This document shows, in pieces, positions 14,294-26,194 of a stretch of 64,000 bases of DNA. Each line of letters opens with the position of its first letter. Within the stretch, counting starts at the first letter, position 1. The position numbers and the translations under genes are program-made. This DNA is from Octopus sinensis (lineage: Eukaryota), in NCBI RefSeq assembly GCF_006345805.1, contig NC_043006.1, positions 27,404,001 to 27,468,000 on the forward strand. The letters run 5' to 3'. The notes beneath the pieces are model-generated. The model was given only the letters and a program-made list of their open reading frames with translations. It was not told the DNA's origin and ran no database searches.

Positions 14294-14420
14294 TATACAC
14301 ACATATATAAACATTTATATATGCACACATATATATACACACACATATATATATACATATACATACATATATACACATATACATACATATACACACACAC
14401 AAACATATATACATATACAT
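12447..14420. repeat. Compound (TA)n/(CA)n/(TACA)n microsatellite field with short unique interruptions
   Basis: Directly visible; explains the IYIY/THTH ORFs. Confidence 0.97.
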
Positions 14421-16998
14421 TGTAAGTCTGTCAGCACTTCTGTAATTTTCTTTTAAAATTAGAAGTTTGTCAAGGATATAAACTGTACAGTAGTTCTTAC
14501 TAATAGCATTGAACTAAATATAATTGAGAGAACAATGGGAGTAAAGATGATGGAAAGTGAGTGAGGTGGTCAACTGCATTTTCTATTTTCAGTTTTTTGT
14601 TAATTTTTCTTTTGTTTTTTATTTCTTTTCTATTTAAGATTTTTTCCCCTAAGATTCATTTCAGTGTTCTAGAGTTTCAATTCCAGTATTTGTTGCTCCT
14701 GTTTTGGAATAGTTTATTTTAATATAGGTTTGAAAAAAAAACAATTAAATACTCCGCAATAACGTTATTTTAATTTCCGGACAATATGTCAACTGGTCAA
14801 GTTAATTATATATATATTTATATAAGCACATATACATCATCACATTATACACACACATTATATATATATGTATACACAGACGCCCCCCATTAGTAGTGTT
14901 TCACTATTATTCTTCACCTTGCTTTAACATAGTAACCGTAATTTAACTTATACAATTATATATATGTACATGTGTATAAATATTATTTCATACATTATAC
15001 AAACTGAACAATTCAGGAGGGGTTCTATATAAACATACATAGTGGGGGTATGTGTGTGTGTGTGTGTGGAGTGTGAGAAAGAGAGAGAGACAGATAGGGT
15101 AGTGGCATATGCATTAAATCAGATATATGTAAACTTTAGCATAGCAAAAGCATATAGAGAATAACTTTTGCCACACATACACATACTCATGTGTGTGTGA
15201 TATGATAATATGATATTCTATTACATCAAAACATTTACCAAACAAGAAATGAAACTGTACAGAAGAGGAAAAAATCAAAACCAATAAATACATATAATGT
15301 TCAACAGTGCAAATGCCTCCATAGTTATTCGTCTTTGTAAATGGTAAAGAAAAGTTCTTTGTGTAGGATTTCAGTGTTTTATCTTTTTGTTGTTGTATTT
15401 TCAATACTTTTTTGTTTTATTGTTCCTGTTTTTTTTTTGTATTCATTTTTGCATACCATTTAATTTACTATTGTTCAGCAGCTCTGGGTTTTCTTTATTT
15501 ACCATCAAAAGAAATAAATTCAGTTCAATGCTAAATGTATATATTTTTTCAATGTGTCTACAAATGACATCAACTTTTCCATTATTTTAATTGTTTATAT
15601 TACACAAATATTAGCCTACATCAATAACAGTTTACCAAATAAATATTAAAATTCAATTAAATAGGAAAATTCTTCCACAACAGATATTTATATATATAGA
15701 CACACATACACATATATATTTGTTTGCATGCATACAGACATAGATAAATTCATGCACTGAAAACACAAATGCGCTCTAGTTTTAACTTTACCAAGATATT
15801 TTAATATTTTTGTAGGACTTCTTTGCCTGTATTTAGAAGCATAAATTTCTAAACCCATCATCACTGTTTCTAGACACACTCCACCTGGTCACCATGGACA
15901 ACTCCATGCAACATATTAGTGGATAACACACCTACATTCAACAGAATTCCCACAAAAACATATAACTAATGATGGTAGCAATGCCTATAACATAACACAA
16001 TGCTAAAAGACAGTAAACATACACAGTTGTATGACTGATGACATAAATCTAACAATCTAAACTACAGACTCCAGTGGTAAAGTCTTACACCAATCATGTT
16101 GGTTTTAAATGTTATAATGATCTTACAACATTATCAACATCACTTCATCCAGAAGATGAGATGATGAAGATCTAGAAACATTGATTATTCCTTTGCAAAA
16201 CTATAGTGTTCCAAACAAAATTGCAAGGAACCCATAGGAAAATAGAGACATACATTGGACCACAGTCATGTTTTCAATACAACATGTCTAAGGTAAAAGA
16301 TGTCCTCTCGATAAAGACACAATACATACATGTGTGTGTGTGTGTGTAGTATATGTGCACATATGTATGCATATAAACTTGCATGTAATATACATATAAA
16401 CCCTGAATTGTAGTGGGTGGGCGTAGATGTGAAATTGGTTGAACTGCATTTAGTAGGCATGATAGTTCTTGGAGAAGTTAAATAAAAATAAGGCAATTTT
16501 CAGTTGAGACTCATCATCATCATTATCTTAATCATCCTTTTAGATTAAAGAAAACTGAAAATATAACAAAGAGAAATGCAACTAAGCAAAAAATAATTTG
16601 TTTGCTTTCATATGTTTTATATTGTGTGTGTGTGTGTGTGCCAGAGATCAACATTGTTACATACTTTCATTATTTTTTTCAGTTGATTTAAAACAACCAC
16701 TTCAGTCTATTAAGATGATTGCTAAAGACCAAAAAAAAAAAAAGACTTTGGTACTTAATATGTGAAATGTGTTGAAATAAGATGTAAAATGGTGGCAGGA
16801 GAGAAGAAGGGAAAAAAGAGTGACAAATATATATAGATAGATAGATCAGGACTAAAAAGTTGGAACATAAAAGAACGTGGAGTAAACAGGCTGAAAAGAA
16901 AATGGTCTTTCTGACTTTTTCAATGACTAAGGCCACTTCACAACTTGTAATTTAGTTTTGGTCCAACGTTGCAATGATCATTCAGTCCATTTCTCCAG

Positions 16999-17019
16999 TT
17001 ACAAATGAGATCCTCCAAG
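16999..17019 (-). CDS. PKD2: Putative PKD2 terminal coding exon LGGSHL* followed by 3' UTR
   Basis: ttgtcttgtgttattgcag acceptor with a CACTAAC branch-point consensus about 32 nt upstream (plus strand 17052-17058); phase 0 fits the donor at 23418; no homology support. Confidence 0.6.
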   Translation of the reverse strand, partial: LGGSHL

Positions 17020-17769
17020 CTGCAATAACACAAGACAACAATATTGAGAATGTTAGTGTTTTTTTTTTTCTTCACCTTTCCTACACAATCCCCTTCATCC
17101 TCTCACCTCACAGCTCTTACACTCTGAATCTCTCTCACTAATTTCCTGATACTGCCTTTCCTTTCTCTTTCCTTCACATTGCTCACTTCCTGCTTACTTA
17201 CTTAGTTTATAGCTGTCTTTCCTTCATACATCACTATAGCCACCCATACATAACATAGGGTAGCACTACACATCCTAAACTTTTCAACTTTTCCCCAGTG
17301 TCCTATCATTACATAACTCATTCTTACTGTCCTCTCCACCATCCTGCACAACTTTTCCTTTTCCTATTATTACTTCACTTCCTTAACAGGGTCCCTAGCC
17401 TTTCTCAACAATAAATACATGTAACTACAATAAGAACTATCTTAGACCCTAAAGAACCAGTCAAACCATGTCAGCACAACAGATGGCCTGACCTATCCCA
17501 TCATTGGGTACACCTACTTAACCCATCTCATTACTACTTCATCCCCTCTCCCCTTCCTCTTCACATCAACCTGTGACATTACCCTTCCTTTCTTCTGTTC
17601 CTCTACTTCCACCCCTCAGTTATTCTATTACCATCTTCTCAATAAATCTGTTCTTCTCCATCAAGGTGCTCTCTTTTGCTTGCAAGCTGCAAAGTGAACC
17701 CAACAATGCTGGTGCCACAAAAGATACTATATATATATATCAAATAAAATCAAAAACAGAACACAAAGG

Positions 17770-17793
17770 ATATATATATACATACATACATAC

Positions 17794-17850
<57 letters not shown>

Positions 17851-18350
17851 TATATATATGTATATATATATATATATACATGTATATATATATATATATA
17901 TAATGTAATATATATATTATATAACATGTATATATATATATAATATACATTATATATATATAACATGTATATATATATATACATGTATATATATATATAT
18001 ATATACAGTATATATATATATATATACATGTATATATATATATATACATTATATATATATATACATGTATATATATATATACATGTATATATATATACAT
18101 GTATATAATATATATACATGTATATATATATATACATGTATATATATATACATGTATATATATATACATGTATATATATATACATGTATATTATATATAC
18201 ATGTATATATATATATCATGTATATATATATATACATGTATATATATATATACATGTATATATATATATACATGTATATATATATATACATGTATATATA
18301 TATACATGTATATATATATATACATGTATATATAATATACATGTATATAT

Positions 18351-18393
<43 letters not shown>

Positions 18394-18717
18394 ATATATA
18401 TATACATGTATATATTATATATAATATATATATATATATATACACATGTATATATATATTATATATATATATACACATGTATATATATATATAATATATA
18501 TATATATATATACATGTATATATCTATATCTATATATATATACATGTATCTATATATATATATATATATATACATGTATATATATATTATATATATATCT
18601 ATATATATATATATATACTGTATATATAGATATCATATATATAATATATACATGTATGTATATATATATAATATATATATATATATATAAATATTATATA
18701 CATAAATATATATCTAT
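17770..18717. repeat. (TA)n array punctuated by about 30 CATG cores (TATACATGTATA palindromic units)
   Basis: Directly visible; CATG cores counted by eye. Confidence 0.95.
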
Positions 18718-19518
18718 TTACGTGTGTGTGTGTGTATTGAGAAGGTTGTAAATTTTAGTGGAAAGAATGATATTGCATGGGGAAAGTGAAAGCTGTATGG
18801 TGATATGGACAATGCATAGAGAGGGAGAAAGAGATAATTTGGTGGTAGAGAAAGTGAAGAGATCAAGGTAAATTGATGAATGGAGATGGACACCGTTAAG
18901 AATGAAAGAATAATGTCAAGTGAAGTGGTTGCAAGTAGTGAGAAATATAAGTGGTGTTGCAAAAAAGGTTATAAAATATGTGATTCTACTTGCATTTAAT
19001 TACAGCAGCAGAATACTGCAGTTAGGCAGGTGATAGAGAGGTTAGTGACAGGGAAAAGTGGGGTTGGAAAAGAAGGTTTGACAAAGACTGCTTTTACAAC
19101 ATCAGTTTTTCTCAGTTACACAGGGCTTCTTGGGCACCACATACCACCAGTCCCCCTAAGTCCTTTAACTTAAGCATATATTTATTGCATGTGTGTGTGT
19201 GTGTGTGTGTGTGTGTATGCACACGTACACACATACATAAACACATCATCAACATCATTATTTAATGTCTGTTTTCCATGCTGGCATGGGTTGGATAGAT
19301 TGATGGGGATTTCACAACTGAATGCTTTTCCTAACACTAACCAGTTTACAGAGTGGATTGAGTGTTTTTATGTAGTACCAGCATGTATATATAAACATTA
19401 TAAACATTAATGCATACATATCTATATATACACATATATGCATATACATACATACATAAATATATGTCCAATCCATGCCAGCAAAGAAAGCAGATGTTAA
19501 ATGATGATATATATATAA

Positions 19519-19549
<31 letters not shown>

Positions 19550-19550
<1 letters not shown>

Positions 19551-19709
19551 CTCACGGAGTGGTTAGCGTTAGGAAGGGCATCCAGCCGTAGAAACACTGC
19601 CAAATCTGACTGGGCCTGATGAAGCCTCCCGGCTTCACAGACCCCAGTTAAACCGTCCAACCCATGCTAGCATGGAAAACGGACGCTAAATGATGATGAT
19701 GATGATGAT
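19550..19709 (+). mobile_element. RTE-tail SINE / 5'-truncated RTE with (ATG)n tail
   Basis: ggaagggcatccagc..ccatgctagcatggaaaacggacg.taaatgatgatg; at least 15 such tails in the window, in both orientations. Confidence 0.85.
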
Positions 19710-19710
19710 A

Positions 19711-19943
19711 CTAGCAGAGTTACCTGGCGTTGCCCAAGTTACATACACTTGAAGAATTAGACTTTTCTGTTATATTTTCTGTAATGAACTGGAATACCTA
19801 TGTTTCGAATTTCATCAAAATTGCAGATGAGGGTTATTTCCTTCTTTACACACCCAAACAAAATTTTAATCGTGCCACATGTATCCCATACAACTAATTT
19901 TTATAATTTTTATGCGCATATTCCAAAATTCCAGTCTTATAGA
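19711..19943 (-). mobile_element. Non-autonomous Helitron fragment
   Basis: 3' end acttgg-gcaacg-ccaggt hairpin + aactctg-CTAG/T; possible 5' TCTATAA at 19943. Confidence 0.6.
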
Positions 19944-20839
19944 ACCTGTTAAAAGGATTTTGCTACAGTGCTCTGGCTTGATGGATCCTGTCAAACTACC
20001 TGACCCGTGCCAGCAGGGACATTAAATGATGATCATCATCATGACGACTATGCGTTGGAATAAATCTTAAAATATCTTTCGTGAATATTCTGAAGAAAGA
20101 GAATGTAATGTATATATTTATGATTTAAGAAGAAGCCTAAAGGAATGAGAATAGCAGAAGAGACAACAAACAACAACAGTAGCAGCAACACCAACAACAA
20201 TGCTATTAAGGGCATTCGTTCAGAAAGTACATCTCTTTCAATACACTTGTTTATTCATCAATTCTCTATATGGATATATACTTGTAATAAGAAGCTGCAT
20301 GATGAATTGTGTGTGTGTGTGCACAATACATTTAATTATAAAACCAAATAAAAATTGATGTGCTAAGAATCTTGAAGTGATATATTTTTAATAGTAATAT
20401 TGATACATCTATTTGTAACAGCAAGCATAACTGACAACATGTAACACTAAACACAACAGAGAAGAAACAAATGTTTCATGTGATTTATTAGCAAGTAACA
20501 ACCATATTTACCATATTATGCTTTAGATGACTGAAATATGAATATGAAAAACATTTTTCTGATTATTTCTTGGTTTAAGAATATTACAGTTTACATTATC
20601 TAAGTTTCAGTGAGAAACGTATTAAAGATAAACCCATTGTTTTACCCAAGTTGTTGTAGCATGCGTGGTGCTGAGGACAGTGTCTGTAGGTGTAACAAGT
20701 TTGTTATATTTGCAACAATAACCCATAAATGCATAAAACAGTGGTTAAAAGAAAATACAAATCTAAAATATTCAAAAAGAATATTAAGAAGGAACACTGC
20801 AGGTTATGTGTATTTTATATATAATATATATATATATAT

Positions 20840-20878
<39 letters not shown>

Positions 20879-20879
20879 G

Positions 20880-21069
20880 TGGCACGTAAAAAGCACCCAC
20901 TACACTCACGGAGTGGTTGGCGTTAGGAAGGGCATCCAGCTGTAGAAACATTGCCAGATTAGACTGGAGCCTGGTGCAGCCTTCTGGCTTCCCAGAACCC
21001 CGGTCGAACCGTCCAACCCATGCTAGCATGGAGAACGGACGTTAAACGACGACGATGATGATGATGATG
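20880..21069 (+). mobile_element. Young RTE-tail SINE copy
   Basis: CpG-intact, (GAC)(GAT)n tail; near-identical inverted copy at 47475-47585. Confidence 0.85.
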
Positions 21070-21624
21070 TATATATGTGTATGTGTGTCTGATGCATATA
21101 GTAACAATACAAAGAGGAGGGCTTTAAATTCTATCACTGGAGCTGCAGAGAAAGCCACAAGATGGCTTTTGGATAAATTGGGCAGACCAGTGGTTTGCTA
21201 CTATTGGGATGCACGCTAGGACTTGATCAACCCTGACTGGGTCAACTGGGCAAGGAAGGGGAGTCTGAGGTCAAAAGACCAAAACCCTGATACCCTAGAA
21301 ATACCACTGACGATTCATCCCAGAGTATCTGCAAGGTATATCTTAAAACTAAAACAATGCTGACGTTATATCTTAATATCAATAATAGATTAGTGTGAGG
21401 GTGGTGAGCTGGCAGATCAGTTCTATGCTGGACAAAATGTTAAGCAGCATTTCTTCTGGATTTATGTTCTGAGTTCAAATGCTTCTGCAGTCAACTTTGC
21501 CTCCTTTTGGGGTTGATGAAATAAATACCAGTTGAGCATCAGGCTCAATGTATTCATCTTGTCCCTTCCTCAAAATTGTTGTCCTTGAGCCAAAATTTGA
21601 AACCAATATTAGATTAGTGTTTAT

Positions 21625-22130
21625 CATCACCATCATCTTCATTTAACGTCTGCTTGTCCAACCCATGTTGGCATGGGTTGGACAGTTCGACTGAAAACTG
21701 GCAAGCCAGGGAGCTGCACCAGGTTTTGATCTGATTTGGCAAGTTTTCAATGGCCGGATGCCCTTCCTAACACTAATCACTATGAGAGTGTAGTGGGTGT
21801 TTTTTACATGCCACCAGCATGGGTGCCATTGATCTTACACCAGCATTGGCCATGACTATGGTCTCACTTGGGTCGACAGGTCTACACAAGCACAGTAATA
21901 TTGCCAAAGGTCTTAGTCACCTGTCACTGCCTCCATGGGGCCCACTGCTCAAACAGTGCTTTTTACATGCCACCGACACTGGCATTGGCCGTAACTACAA
22001 TTTCACTAGGCTCAACAGGTCTTCACAAGCACAGCATATCACCCAATGTTTGAAGGGTGCTTTTAATGGGCCAGTTATGCGACACTGGCATCCGCCATGA
22101 CTAAAATCTCACTTGACTTGATGGGTGAAC
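21625..22130 (-). mobile_element. RTE 3' UTR/tail fragment with internal repeats
   Basis: catcatc..atttaacgtc tail and repeated ggtctcacttgg..acaggtct..caagcacag units. Confidence 0.7.
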
Positions 22131-22734
22131 TGATATATGTGTCTTCACATTATATATATATGTGTGTGAGTTCATATTATATATGTGTATGTGTGTGCTA
22201 ACATCATAAGAATTTATAAACTTTCAAAAGAACATGGAATAATTCTGTTTTGAAACTGGATCTCAAAGTGCACATAAAGTTATAAATAATAGTGAAGGCA
22301 GTCTTCAACTTTTCCATTCAAACGGATTTTTCAGCACAATATTTACATGATATTATTTATAGGTTTATGTGGGCTTTGAGATCCTGTTGCAATATATATA
22401 TATGCAGAGAGAGAGAGAGAGAGAGAATGGATATTGCTCAAACTGGATAAACAGTTAGACAATATCTAAGTAAATCATTGTTAAAGAAAATAGAATGCTT
22501 TGCATTTTAAATCATAAATTAAAAAATAGTTTAGTCTTTTTTTAATCTACAAAACATCTATTTCATTATATACTTTTTTTTTTAAAATACATTTATTTTG
22601 ACAATTATTTTGAAGATAAATGTATTTTTTCAGACATATTTTTTAATTGTTTCATTTTACTATGTTTTGAATGGTGATTTCGAGGTATATTTCAAACCTT
22701 ATTTATTATGAATTTTAATTCAATAATATTGATC

Positions 22735-22901
22735 TTAAATTACCGCTTTGGGCAGAAACAAGTTAACCCGTTTTTAGACGAAGGAACTCATTTGCTGTCG
22801 ATTTTGGCGAGTCTATCTTTTGACGAGTTAACTCGCCAGAGATAGAAAAAAACGATTTCGGTCAAAACGCATATATTCGTTTCTGCCAGGTAAGGGGTTA
22901 A
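22735..22901. mobile_element. Short CpG-rich MITE-like element ending in GGGGTTAA
   Basis: Inverted ggcagaaac/gtttctgcc near the ends; internal tggcgagt/actcgcca hairpin; left boundary uncertain. Confidence 0.4.
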
Positions 22902-23418
22902 GAAACTGATACATTTTAATCATGCTAACTAGTTCTAAGGATGGTTCTAAAAATGAATACAATACATAAGACATAAAAGGTAAATTACAAGACCCAGTTC
23001 CTAAAACTAGAAAATTAGCAGGTAATCAACTTTTGCAAAGAGTACATCTGTCTAAAAAGATTGTTTAAATAAGATATATTTTGTTTCAAAGTAAAAAATA
23101 ATTATTACCTTGTCTTAACTGTTTTTTATTTGCTAATAAAGAGTGTGGGAAAGCTCATATTCATTATACATCTATTATACTAATTGCCTAGATTTAGATT
23201 TGTTAATATTTGTTTAAAGTTATCATAGCAGGGACTAAACATAAGCAAGAAGGAGGTTCTAGTGGGATGCATTCTTGTAAAAAAGGATTTGTTAAAGTGT
23301 TCAGTAAAAAGTATGAGAAACAGCAGAAAGATGAAAGATAAATGGATCAAGTAGGTATAGGTAAGGGTAGCATTAAATTTGAAAAACAGAAATAGGTTAA
23401 ATTTACTCAATGTCTTAC

Positions 23419-23610
23419 ATTTTGTCCAGATCCTGGCCTGGAACTAGAGCGAGGCCGTAGGCCACAGGTACCAGCACCACTACTGCTTCCTGGAGAGTCA
23501 CCTCGTCCATTTGCTTGGCCAATGGATGCCTCAGAGTCCCATCGTTCCAGTTCTTCTCGCACAAGTTTCTCCATCTGATCTCGTTTCATTTCATCAGTAT
23601 TGCTTGTAGA
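23419..23610 (-). CDS. PKD2: PKD2 exon (distal C-tail): STSNTDEMKRDQMEKLVREELERWDSE...RPGSGQN
   Basis: cctgttctgcag acceptor; QMEKLVREELERW matches human QMERLVREELERW; AAT/GTAAGA donor (read-through gives VRH*), 192 nt. Confidence 0.9.
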
Positions 23611-24316
23611 CTGCAGAACAGGAAGAAAGCAAACATAAGATGGAATACCCTTAAATTTATTTACTCCAATGCTATAAAAATTCCCAAATAGTGTGAATGC
23701 AAGTTTATACTTCAACCCTTTTGTTACCATATTTGTGTTGAAATACATGGTCTTTATTTTAATTAATTTTGAAAATAATGAAGAAATTAGTAAAATAACT
23801 GTCATTATTTATCTGGTTTTTGAAACATACATTAGTATGGCATTTTGATGAAAGGTTTTGATTTAGATCACTTTAAAAAAAGAAATTTGCACCATAGAAA
23901 CAGGGCCAATCTCAAGTGGGTTGGTAACAAAACAGTTAATATTTACATACATTACTGGATAAAAAGAAAAAGAATTCTAATATTTCATACAAGAATTTCA
24001 AACAGGAAATATGCAGAATATTTAGGATTTTTTTTTGTAGGGTTGAGATATGAGGTTGTATTTTTATTAAATAATGCACATATTATCTAGGTCCACATAT
24101 TTAAAGGTTTATATAGAAGTAAAACACACCACCTACAAGCAGTTACATTGTATAAACACTACTCTAAAAACAAACTCAGTCTTAATATAAGCCTATTTCT
24201 TATAAAAAAAACTTTATCACAATATTACACTATACACAAATAAAAGAAATAGATTATTTTATAGAATATAAGTTCAACTTAAATCCTATTTAAAAAAAAA
24301 TTATTTTATCAAATTA

Positions 24317-25081
24317 CTAGCAGAAATACCTGCTGTTGTCCAGGTTAAAGAGAATAATGAAATTTTAAAATGCCGTCTAGATTATGCAGGTCTCAATTGC
24401 TAGTAGCTAAGAAACCAACTTTCTACATTAATAACTCTCCAACCCATACCAGCATGGAACATAGATGTTAAGTGAAATGTTAAAAGAAAGTTTTCAACTC
24501 AAATATGTATAGATAGTAAATACACGTAATTCAAAAACACATTTTGTGTAGCTTATTTTGTAACCAAAAAGCAAGTACTGATTATAAACAATGAAAGGCC
24601 AACTTTGGTGGCTCATACGAAAAAAACAAAAGACGAAGACAGGTGGTGTACAAAACAAACAGATGTATTAGTATAACACTCAGGAATAGAAAAAGTCTAT
24701 TACATTTTGAGCCTACGTTCTTCTACAGAAAGGGACACAGAACAAACAAGGAGAGAAAAAAATGTGTGTAGTGGCTAACAATCTATCATATATATATATA
24801 CATACATATATTCATGACCAATGGATGTAAGGGAGACAATCAATTTCTGAAAGTTACTTTGCAGAGAGTTACCTCCCTTCTTCATGTAGCCCAGAAATGG
24901 ATGTTTTCTGTCTGCAGGGAACCCATTACTCATTATGTGAAAAATTTTTAGAATCTAAAACCGTCCCTGGAACATAAGTAATGTATGTTCCCAGATTGGA
25001 GAAAATCAGTCGAAAAATACAGCCGTTATAATCTTTTACATACACCACCCCACACACACAGAATGGGATTTACATTATAGA
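24317..25081 (-). mobile_element. Non-autonomous Helitron unit C (possibly composite)
   Basis: 5' TCTATAATG at 25081; 3' acctg-gacaacag-caggt hairpin + atttctg-CTAG/T at 24317; contains nested repeat pieces. Confidence 0.6.
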
Positions 25082-25786
25082 CTAGCAGCTGAGCCCGGTT
25101 TCACCCGATCTGTTTGGATGATGTGGCTGTGATCGTTTTCGGTTAGGCATAATCTATAACAGTGTTTCTCAACCTTATCATTTCGGGTCCCCTGTTTTGA
25201 TTGGAGCCTCCTCCCTTGTCAGAAAACAGCATCAGGAGTTGTGAAGAAAGAATTTGTACGTAGTCTGTTTCTGAGAGCTATTCTATTGGACCTCTGTCTA
25301 ATCATTAAAACACTGATTTAATTATGAACATAGAAAGAAATTATACATTAATCCCTATTTTCTAAGCAGTTGTATCCGTAAAAATTTTATTTGCAGAGAG
25401 AGAAATTGAAAGAAGATATATGAAATGGATGTGTGTGTGTGTGTGCGTGCTTGCATGTGTGTATGTGAGAGAGAAGAGAGAGAGCATAGCGAAAGTTTTG
25501 GCTGACTGTCATCCTGTATTCCCCTTGTTGCTAGTGAAATGGTATATGTCGGCTGTGTGAGCAACTGGTTGTTTTAATGGCGGAACAGGGGAATTCCATT
25601 AGAAAAAGTTTTAATCGATTTTCTCTGTAAGTATGGGGGGCTAGGAAAAAAATACAAACCACATTCCAATGTATGCACCCGTCTCCACATGTGTGCCATT
25701 TTTCACACGAATCCACCCAGCTGTGGCTGTGAACCTCAAGCCAAGAAAGAATACAACGATCGCTCATGTCCAATTTATATTATAGA
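25082..25786 (-). mobile_element. Non-autonomous Helitron unit A
   Basis: 5' TCTATAATATAAATTGGACATG; 3' (C/T)CGGGT-GAA-ACCGGG hairpin + ctcagctg-CTAG. Confidence 0.82.
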
Positions 25787-26194
25787 CTAGCAGCTGAGCC
25801 CGGTTTCACCTGGTCTGTTTGGATGATGTGGCTGTGATCGTTTTCGATTAGGCATAATCTATATATAACAGCGTTTCTCAGCCTTATCATTTCGGGTCCC
25901 CTGTTTCGATTGAAGCCTCCAGCTGTATGAAAATTTTCTGACCCCACCCCATCAGAAAACAGCTTCTAAGCAATTGGTTGTTTAAATGGCGGAAAAAAGA
26001 GGGGAATTCCATTAGAAAAAGTTTTAATCGATTTTCTTGGTAAGTATGGGGGCTAGGAAAAAATACAAACCACATTCCAATCTATGCACCCGTCTGCACA
26101 TGTGTGCCATTTTTCACTCGAATCCACCCAGCTGTTTGGCTGTGAACCTCAAGAAAGAATACAACAATCGCCCATGTCCAATTTATATTATAGA
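25787..26194 (-). mobile_element. Non-autonomous Helitron unit B (same family as A)
   Basis: A/TCTATAATATAAATTGGACATG 5' end; CCAGGT-GAA-ACCGGG hairpin + CTAG 3' end. Confidence 0.82.

Noticed and set aside
8280-16998. Attempt to place the PKD2 poly(A) site
   Set aside because: AATAAA hexamers are too frequent in this AT-rich DNA; needs 3'-end sequencing
16999-17010. C-terminal SHL as a peroxisomal PTS1 signal
   Set aside because: PTS1 imports soluble matrix proteins; not plausible for a six-TM channel
12432-18751. Many long [12 protein letters not shown] ORFs (also 46880-47893)
   Set aside because: Translations of dinucleotide microsatellites, which lack stops in several frames
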